This document shows, piece by piece, positions 57,281-64,000 of a DNA stretch of 64,000 bases. The notes under the pieces were generated by a model that did no database searches, was not told where the DNA came from, and was given only the letters and a program-made list of their open reading frames with translations. The stretch covers positions 50,180 through 114,179 of the forward strand of contig DXML01000020.1 in assembly GCA_019414205.1 (NCBI GenBank). Direction: 5' to 3'. The DNA comes from Collinsella sp. (lineage in GTDB: Bacteria > Actinomycetota > Coriobacteriia > Coriobacteriales > Coriobacteriaceae). How positions within the stretch are numbered: the stretch's first letter is position 1; each line of letters starts with the position of its first letter. A program made the position numbers and the translations under genes.

Positions 57281-58396
57281 CTAACGCAAACCCTCTACCG
57301 CATCCGCCAGAAGAGCGGCGGCTCTATCCTGAGCCAGACCACGCGCCGCCTGACGCATGGCGTCGCGCGCCGCCGCGTCATCGACCAGGTGCAGCAGCTC
57401 ATCGGCAAAGGCAGAACCGTCGATATCGGCATCGGCGCAGAGCACGCCGGCCCCGGCGTCGACCAGATAACGAGCATTGGTGGTTTGGTGGTCGGCCGTC
57501 GCATGCGGATACGGCACGAGCACCGAGGGCACGGCGAGCGCAGCGATCTCGGCCACGCTCGATGCACCCGAACGCGAGAGCACCAAATCGGCAGCAGCCA
57601 GCATATCGCCCATGTTGTCGATGTAAGGCTGGACGCGGTAACGCTTCGCCTCCTCGGGCGTCAGCGCCAAAGCGCGCTCGGTCTCCTCAAAGCCGTCGGC
57701 ACCCGTCGAATGCAACACATAGAGGTTCTTGCGCGAAAGCAGCTCGTTTTTGAGCGAAGTCACGCGCTCGTTGAGGTGCTGGGCGCCAAGTGAACCGCCA
57801 AAGACGAGCAGCAGCGTAGCGTCCTCGGGAACGCCAAGTGCCTTGCGGCCACGATCGCGATCGCCCTCGATCACCGAGCGACGTACGGGGTTGCCGGTCA
57901 TGAGCACGTGGTCAGGGTCACCTTCGCGCTCAAAGACCGAACGCGCTGCCGGCACCGAGATGCACACGCGGGCGGCGTGGGAGTTCATCATCTTGTTGGC
58001 CAGGCCCGGAACAGAGTTCTGCTCATGCAGCAGATACGGAACGCCTGCGCCCTTGCACCACCCCAACAGCGGAACCTCGACATAGGCACCAAAACCGATG
58101 GCGGCATCGGGCTTGCCGACCTTTGAGAAATGATTGGCGAGCGCACGCTTGGCCTTATTGACACGCCACAGCGAGGTCAGCGCCGTCCAAGGACGGGAGC
58201 GGTCGAAGCCCGTGACCGTAATGGGCACAAAATCAAACCCAGCCTCGGGGACCAAACGACCCTCGAGCTTGCGCGACTGGCCCACGAACACAACGTGGTG
58301 GCCACGGTCACGCAGTTCTTCGGCCAAGGCGAGCGCGGGGTTGATGTGTCCTGCCGTGCCGCCGGCTGCAATAGCAACGGTCATTTTATCGGTCAT
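57281..58396 (-). CDS. murG: Lipid II-forming N-acetylglucosaminyl transferase MurG
   Basis: AAGGTAGHINPALALA, FGGSLGA. Start ATG 58396 (SD GAAGGGA); alternatives at 58414 (GTG) and 58384. Confidence 0.9.
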   Translation of the reverse strand: MTDKMTVAIAAGGTAGHINPALALAEELRDRGHHVVFVGQSRKLEGRLVPEAGFDFVPITVTGFDRSRPWTALTSLWRVNKAKRALANHFSKVGKPDAAIGFGAYVEVPLLGWCKGAGVPYLLHEQNSVPGLANKMMNSHAARVCISVPAARSVFEREGDPDHVLMTGNPVRRSVIEGDRDRGRKALGVPEDATLLLVFGGSLGAQHLNERVTSLKNELLSRKNLYVLHSTGADGFEETERALALTPEEAKRYRVQPYIDNMGDMLAAADLVLSRSGASSVAEIAALAVPSVLVPYPHATADHQTTNARYLVDAGAGVLCADADIDGSAFADELLHLVDDAAARDAMRQAARGLAQDRAAALLADAVEGLR

Positions 58397-59912
58397 GGTA
58401 GTCCCTTCGTACACGCGGTCCCTGGTCGTCGGTGCGCAGACGCGCCGACGGGTCCGAGTTCAAATCGATTCGATTATATCCGCCGCCCGCGTTGCGAGGG
58501 CTGGGGCGCTGCGGACGACCTTGCGGAGCCGTTCGCGAGCGTGGACGAGCTGCCGGCTCGGATGCAGAACCATCCAGAACGGTAAAGCCGCTACGCGAAG
58601 GTCGTTCACCGCGCACATGGGCCACGCCGGCGGTGCTCTCGTCCATAACGGCAAAGCTCTCACGGCGGCGGTCATACTCATCGCGGCGGGCGCTCTCGTA
58701 CGAAACGCGCAGGATCAACCCGGCAAGCATAAGCGACACAATAATCGACGAACCGCCGTAGCTAATAAACGGCAACGGTTTGCCCGTCATGGGAAACACG
58801 TTGAGGATGCCCAGCGCGTTAATCAAAAACTGCACCGCGAGAATGACCGCGGAGCCAGACGCCATAAGCGCGCCCCGACGATCGGTCGCCTGCTCGGCAA
58901 TGCGAAACGCCGAGTAGATCAGCATCGCAAACACCAAGAAGAACAGCACGGTTCCGACAAAGCCGACTTCCTCGCCAATGATGGCCAGGATGTAGTCATT
59001 GTGCGCCTCGGGCAGATACGAGTACTTCATGGTTGAGTTGCCGATGCCACGGCCGAACAGACCGCCCGAGGCAAAGGCCATGATGGCAAGCGTGGCCTGA
59101 TAGCCGTCACCATACTCGTCAGCCCAAGGGTTCAAGGCAACCTGAATACGCACCATACGGTACGGCTCTGCGACAAGTGCAATCACGATCACGAGAATGC
59201 CGAAGATTAGCACGCCGATGATAAATCTCGGGTCGAGACCCGCAAACAACGCCATGCACATGAGGGTCAACAGGATGATCAGGACAGTACCGAAATCGGG
59301 CTGGATAAAGATCAGAAAGAGCGAAATACCCAGGTAGATGCCCATCTTGCGAAGGAATTCGTTTATGTTGCCACCGGGCGAAAAGAAGCGATCAAGCATG
59401 ATGGCCGAATACGCAATGGCAAATGGCTTTAAAAACTCGGAAGGCTGGAACTGAATACCGGCGATGTTGAGCCAGCGCGTGGCGCCACGGCTGCCGCTGC
59501 CCACCAAGAACACCAGAAACAGTAGCCCTATCATGCCGATAAGGAAGATCCTAAGCACATCCTCCCCAAACCAGCTGTCCGGCAAAACGCGCACGATGGC
59601 AATCAGCGCCAGAACACCAACCACGGCAAACGCGGCCTGTCGACCCAGGAAAAACGTCGCCGAGCCATTCTCGTGCAGCGCCTCGACCGAAGACGCCGAG
59701 TACACCATCAGCAGACCAAAGCACACCAAAGTAAACAGGCAGGCCATAAATATCAGACGGGGGCGCATGATGCGGGCGGGAACGCCGGCAATATAGCGTT
59801 CGCTAAACGACTGCCCGCCGCGACCGGAACGCGGTGTGCTACGCCGCGAGGAAGCACGGTCCGAGTCGGGCCTCCTCATACCTTGTCGGGGGCTCTCCTC
59901 TCTCACCGGCAA
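58386..59912 (-). CDS. ftsW: SEDS peptidoglycan polymerase FtsW with Arg-rich N- and C-terminal extensions
   Basis: Polytopic SEDS pattern (QPSEFLKP, LPEAHNDYI, PFISYGGSS). Sits between murD and murG. Confidence 0.9.
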   Translation of the reverse strand: MPVREESPRQGMRRPDSDRASSRRSTPRSGRGGQSFSERYIAGVPARIMRPRLIFMACLFTLVCFGLLMVYSASSVEALHENGSATFFLGRQAAFAVVGVLALIAIVRVLPDSWFGEDVLRIFLIGMIGLLFLVFLVGSGSRGATRWLNIAGIQFQPSEFLKPFAIAYSAIMLDRFFSPGGNINEFLRKMGIYLGISLFLIFIQPDFGTVLIILLTLMCMALFAGLDPRFIIGVLIFGILVIVIALVAEPYRMVRIQVALNPWADEYGDGYQATLAIMAFASGGLFGRGIGNSTMKYSYLPEAHNDYILAIIGEEVGFVGTVLFFLVFAMLIYSAFRIAEQATDRRGALMASGSAVILAVQFLINALGILNVFPMTGKPLPFISYGGSSIIVSLMLAGLILRVSYESARRDEYDRRRESFAVMDESTAGVAHVRGERPSRSGFTVLDGSASEPAARPRSRTAPQGRPQRPSPRNAGGGYNRIDLNSDPSARLRTDDQGPRVRRDYHDR

Positions 59913-59915
59913 CCC

Positions 59916-61322
59916 CTATTCCATTTGCGATTTCGCCGCAGCGGCAAGCTGCGCCACATAGTCCTTAAACACGCGGCCGCGCTCCTCATAGCCCGAGAAC
60001 TCATCGAACGAAGAGCAGGCAGGAGAAAGTAAGATCACGTCGCCACGGCTCGACAGCGAACGGGCGACGTCCACGGCATCGCGCAGGTCATCCGCCTGGG
60101 CAATATCCACATCGCCATCGACATCGGCCTCGTCCATAGCGGCGGTAAAGCGCTCGCGCGCATCGCCAAAGCAGACGACCGAGCGTACGTTATCCATAAC
60201 AACGCGCGCGAAGTCCGTGAGCGGCGTGCCCTTATCGTGGCCGCCGAGCAGCAAGATCACGTCGTCATCGGGAAATGCCGTCAGCGCCTTCTCGACCGCA
60301 TCGGTGTTGGTCGCCTTGGAATCGTTGACGTAGCGCACGCCGTCAATCTCGCCACACGGCTCCACGCGGTGCTCGAGCGGCTGGAACGAGGCCAGACCGC
60401 GGCAGACACCATTGACATCGGCACCGACTGCCAGGGCAGCCGTGGCAGCGCACAGGGCATTGATAACATTGTGATGGCCCGAGATCTTGAGTTCGGACGT
60501 GGCGACAAGCTGAGTCTCGACGCCCTTCAGGCGCACGACCATTTTGCCGTCGCGCACAAAGGCGGCGTCTGCACCCTCGGGCTCGTCAAAAGCGACCTTG
60601 CAGATGCGGCGACCCGGCGTATAGATGTACTCATCGAACTCGTGAATGCCGGCGTCTTCGACGTCGACAACCACCAGATCGTCATCGACCATATTGTCAA
60701 ACAGCTTGATCTTGGCAAGCGCATAGTTCTTATGGCTCTTATGCCAGCCCAAGTGGTCGGGAGTGATGTTGAGCAGCACCGCCACACGAGGGTGGAGCTC
60801 GGTGGTCGTAGCAATCTGATAGCTCGAGAGCTCAGCCACAAACCACTCGTTGCGGGCTCGGCCGTCAATCTCGTTGACCGGCGGCTCGCCGATGTTGCCG
60901 ACAGCTACGCTGGCCTCGCCGGCAGCCTTGAGCAGATAATCGGTCAGCGACGTGGTGGTCGTCTTGCCGTTGGTGCCCGTGATGGCAATCCAGTTATCGG
61001 GCGACAGGCGATAGGCAAACTCTGGCTCACCCATAATCTGGGCGGCATGTTCGCGCCCGGCCTTAAAGAAGCCCGAGAACTCCGAGATGCCCGGGCACGT
61101 CACGCATGCGTCATAGGCGCCCTCGACCTGTTCGGTCCCATAGACAAACGACGCACCAGCAGCCTCGAGCGCACGCGTGGCGTCATTGGGCTCAGAGGTG
61201 CCGCCGCCATACACGGTAACGGCGCTTACGCGCTCGGGATGTGCCAGCGCCCAGCGGGCGACATCGAGACCGGATTTGCCCTGACCCAAAACGAGCAGGC
61301 TAAAGACTTCAGCAAGAGGCAT
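59916..61322 (-). CDS. murD: UDP-N-acetylmuramoylalanine--D-glutamate ligase
   Basis: LVLGQGKSG, ITGTNGKTTTTSL. Confidence 0.9.
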   Translation of the reverse strand: MPLAEVFSLLVLGQGKSGLDVARWALAHPERVSAVTVYGGGTSEPNDATRALEAAGASFVYGTEQVEGAYDACVTCPGISEFSGFFKAGREHAAQIMGEPEFAYRLSPDNWIAITGTNGKTTTTSLTDYLLKAAGEASVAVGNIGEPPVNEIDGRARNEWFVAELSSYQIATTTELHPRVAVLLNITPDHLGWHKSHKNYALAKIKLFDNMVDDDLVVVDVEDAGIHEFDEYIYTPGRRICKVAFDEPEGADAAFVRDGKMVVRLKGVETQLVATSELKISGHHNVINALCAATAALAVGADVNGVCRGLASFQPLEHRVEPCGEIDGVRYVNDSKATNTDAVEKALTAFPDDDVILLLGGHDKGTPLTDFARVVMDNVRSVVCFGDARERFTAAMDEADVDGDVDIAQADDLRDAVDVARSLSSRGDVILLSPACSSFDEFSGYEERGRVFKDYVAQLAAAAKSQME

Positions 61323-61331
61323 GAAAGACCA

Positions 61332-62351
61332 CTATCCCAACTGGAAGAACAGAGCAAGGCCAACGGCACCAAATGCCGCAGCGATAATCCAAAAACGGAT
61401 GACGACCTTGGTCTCGGCCCAACCCTTCTTTTCGAAATGATGATGGATGGGCGCCATAAGGAAGACGCGCTTGTGCGTAAAGTGGAAGTAGACAACCTGA
61501 ATCATGACCGACAGGGTCTCAACGATAAACAGGCCGCCGATGATGAGGGAGACGACCTCGGTGTTAGTCATGATGGACGTACAGGCAAACGCGGCACCCA
61601 GAGCAAGCGAGCCGGTATCACCCATAAAGATGCTCGCCGGATAGCAGTTGAACCACAGAAAGCCCAAGCAGGCACCGGCACACGCGGTGCAGAAGATGGA
61701 CAGGTTCACGTCTCCGTGCAGAAACGCCATGGCAGCCATGGCGAGCATGGCGATCATGGAGGTGCTGCCAGCAAGACCGTCAAGGCCATCGGTCAGGTTC
61801 ACGGCATTAGAAAGACCGGCAATCATCAGCCAGCAAAAGACAATATAGAGCCACGGGAACGAATAGCCGCAGATGGTGGTCGAAAGCACGCCAAGGTCGA
61901 TCGTCAACCCACCGGGAAAACGAATCTCGGGGGCGACGCCGCACCAGTTGACGGCAAGTACCGTAAAGGTGACACAGATAATGGTTAGGCCGATCATCTT
62001 GGCATGAGGCGTCAGACCGAGCGAGCGCCCATGCGTAACGGAGGTCAGGTCGTCGATCAGGCCCAGCACGCCGGTCGCCAGCGTGGCGAGCAGTACGAGT
62101 ACGAGCTCGGTGGTGAGCTTGCCCATCAGCAGGCAGGTCAGCGAGATCGCGACGAGGATGACAACGCCACCCATGGTGGGCGTTCCCTGCTTAACCAAAT
62201 GACGCTTGGGGCCGTCGGCACGAACCTGCTGGCCGATACCCTCGACCTTGAGCAGCTTGATCCACCACGGCATGAGCAGCAGCGCAATGGCTGCGGCGAT
62301 GCCAAGCCCCAAAAAAGCCTGATACGTTGGATACGAGGGATTGCCGAACAT
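61332..62351 (-). CDS. mraY: Phospho-N-acetylmuramoyl-pentapeptide transferase
   Basis: GTPTMGG, NAVNLTDGLDGLA, FMGDTGSLALG, APIHHHFE. Confidence 0.95.
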   Translation of the reverse strand: MFGNPSYPTYQAFLGLGIAAAIALLLMPWWIKLLKVEGIGQQVRADGPKRHLVKQGTPTMGGVVILVAISLTCLLMGKLTTELVLVLLATLATGVLGLIDDLTSVTHGRSLGLTPHAKMIGLTIICVTFTVLAVNWCGVAPEIRFPGGLTIDLGVLSTTICGYSFPWLYIVFCWLMIAGLSNAVNLTDGLDGLAGSTSMIAMLAMAAMAFLHGDVNLSIFCTACAGACLGFLWFNCYPASIFMGDTGSLALGAAFACTSIMTNTEVVSLIIGGLFIVETLSVMIQVVYFHFTHKRVFLMAPIHHHFEKKGWAETKVVIRFWIIAAAFGAVGLALFFQLG

Positions 62352-62354
62352 GGG

Positions 62355-63779
62355 CTAGCACACACCTTCCACAAAGCGGTCGAGCTCAACAAAGCGGGAA
62401 CCCTTGACCAGTACAACATCATGTTTTTCAAGCGCGCCGCCCATGCGGTCGAGCACCTGCTGATAATCGGAGAACACCTGGATGCGGTCCTCGTCCATGC
62501 CCATCATGCGTGCGGCATCGGCCATAAGCTGGGCCAGCTCACCACCCACGCACGCCAGCATGTCGAGCTTCTTGGCGGCGGCATAGGCGCCCACGAGCTC
62601 ATGCATGCGAGGAGCCTCATCGCCCATCTCGCCCATCTCGCCCAGGATCGCCATGCGAGACCCCGTGCACGAAAGCGAGCACAGCAGATCGAGGCCAGCA
62701 GCCATGGATTCGGCACTGGCGTTATAGGAATCGTCAATGACGCGGGCACCGCTCTTGGCGCGCTTGATCTCCTGGCGGTGCCCGGTGATCGTGAGACCCC
62801 TAAAGGCAGCATCGATCTGCTCGGGCGTCACGCCCAGGCGATAGGCAACCGCGGCGGCCTTAACGGCATTAGGAACGGACTGCACGCCGGGGATGGCAAG
62901 CATGGTATCGACCGTCTCACCCTGGCCAAAATCGAGCGTAAAGACCGGACGGCCCTCGTCATCAACGCGAACGTCGCGGGCACGGACCTCATCATCGTCC
63001 GAGACGCCGGCCAGCATCACGTCGATACCAGCAGGTTGGGCGAACGTGTCGCGAATGAACGGCGTAAAGTCGTCCTCACCGCCCAAAACCAGCAGCGGCA
63101 AGAAGTCGCCGGCGGCGCACATACCCTGGACAATCTCGGCCTTAGCGCGGGCGATGTTCTCGCGGCTGCCCAAAATGCCGATGTGAGAGGTGCCGATCTT
63201 GCTCACGATGGCAAGGTTGGGATTGGCGGACTGGGACAGGCGCTCAATCTCGTGGAAATGGTTCATGCCCATCTCGAGCACCAGGACCTCGGTATCGGCC
63301 GGAGCGGAAAGCACCGTGAGCGGCATGCCGATCAGGTTATTGAAATTGCCCTTGGTGGCCCAGACGCGATAGCGCTTGGCGAGCACAGCGGCGAGCACGT
63401 CCTTGGTCGTCGTCTTGCCGATGGAACCGGTAATACCAACGACCAGGCAGCCAAGCTCCAGGCGGTACGCGTGCGCCAAACGCAGCAGAAACTCCTCGGG
63501 ATCATCGGTCAGCAAGATGGCACAGCCCCTGTCCTGCGCCAGCAAGACCAGCTCGGCCTCGGGCTCACGCGTCATCACGACGGCGCCGGCACCCGACTGG
63601 ACGGCACGGGAAGCAAAATCATTGCCGTCGACGTTTTCACCGGGAAAGGCGACGAAAATCGTCCCTTCCTCGACCTGGCGCGAGTCGATAACGCACCCGC
63701 GGCATACCCGATCGGCTTCTCCCGTCACGGTTCGGGCCCCTGTTGCGGCCGCGAGGTTGTTGACGGCGATCTCTATCAT
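62355..63779 (-). CDS. murF: UDP-N-acetylmuramoyl-tripeptide--D-alanyl-D-alanine ligase
   Basis: VGITGSIGKTTTKD, NFNNLIGMPLT, DDSYNAS. Confidence 0.9.
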   Translation of the reverse strand: MIEIAVNNLAAATGARTVTGEADRVCRGCVIDSRQVEEGTIFVAFPGENVDGNDFASRAVQSGAGAVVMTREPEAELVLLAQDRGCAILLTDDPEEFLLRLAHAYRLELGCLVVGITGSIGKTTTKDVLAAVLAKRYRVWATKGNFNNLIGMPLTVLSAPADTEVLVLEMGMNHFHEIERLSQSANPNLAIVSKIGTSHIGILGSRENIARAKAEIVQGMCAAGDFLPLLVLGGEDDFTPFIRDTFAQPAGIDVMLAGVSDDDEVRARDVRVDDEGRPVFTLDFGQGETVDTMLAIPGVQSVPNAVKAAAVAYRLGVTPEQIDAAFRGLTITGHRQEIKRAKSGARVIDDSYNASAESMAAGLDLLCSLSCTGSRMAILGEMGEMGDEAPRMHELVGAYAAAKKLDMLACVGGELAQLMADAARMMGMDEDRIQVFSDYQQVLDRMGGALEKHDVVLVKGSRFVELDRFVEGVC

Positions 63780-63906
63780 TGCAGCTCCCCTGTAAACCTA
63801 ATAATGCTATCGGCGTATTGTATCCCAGCGCCGCGCATGCGTGGTGCAGGGCATGTGAACACCCCTCATATGGGACAACAAACCACGCCCCAAAGAGTGT
63901 AACCCC

Positions 63907-64000
63907 CTACCTCGTGTGCGGGATACCCAACACGTCGAGCGCGTTGGCCATAATGGACTGGAACGGCACCGCAGCGGCATCTGAGCCGCTCGGCGTTCCG
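63907..64000 (-). CDS. 3' end of a gene entering from the right edge; C-terminus resembles a class B PBP (FtsI-like) tail
   Basis: Manual translation ...GTPSGSDAAAVPFQSIMANALDVLGIPHTR* with stop at 63907-63909. Only 30 codons are visible. Confidence 0.4.
   Translation of the reverse strand, partial: GTPSGSDAAAVPFQSIMANALDVLGIPHTR

Overview
High-GC Gram-positive chromosomal core region. Gene content, codon style and the dcw layout point to an actinobacterium, probably Coriobacteriia (Collinsella-like); this is inference only, with no search run. About 60 genes, mostly on the minus strand.

Left to right:
- a GT4 glycosyltransferase (runs off the window)
- an orphan module of two paralogous 2-hydroxyacyl-CoA-dehydratase/double-cubane-like Fe-S subunits plus an ATPase activator
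- modABC, moaB, moeA
- a CLC-F-like antiporter, a lipid kinase, arfB, xpt, an MFS transporter, metY, a C_GCAxxG protein, yigZ
- RNase P RNA, rpsA, a HAD hydrolase, a cysteine-desulfidase-like protein, rpiB, ndk, argH, argG, a Cof-type HAD hydrolase, polA, an M18 aminopeptidase, yaaA
- TPP riboswitch-thiC, thiD, an SGNH hydrolase, a PARG-like macrodomain protein, a BI-1 family protein, pit plus DUF47, a nitroreductase
- the division/cell-wall cluster: PBP C-terminus, murF, mraY, murD, ftsW, murG, murC, murB, ftsQ, ftsZ, pgeF, then pstSCAB-phoU, then yggS, sepF, yggT, divIVA

I see no CRISPR, transposase, integrase, phage genes or recognisable defence or toxin system. I cannot point to a convincing new multi-gene system.

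The least-explained signals are:
1. Two ~92-nt copies of a covarying rod-like hairpin, each placed directly after the stop codon of one dehydratase-like paralogue, plus a ~430-nt ORF-free leader in front of that operon.
2. Several families of conserved palindromic intergenic elements.
3. A compositionally mosaic nitroreductase preceded by TTTGGCTGA direct repeats.
4. The pst-phoU operon embedded in the otherwise conserved ftsZ-to-divIVA block.

All start-codon refinements are manual (SD spacing plus family N-termini). All family calls come from motif recognition by eye, not from searches.
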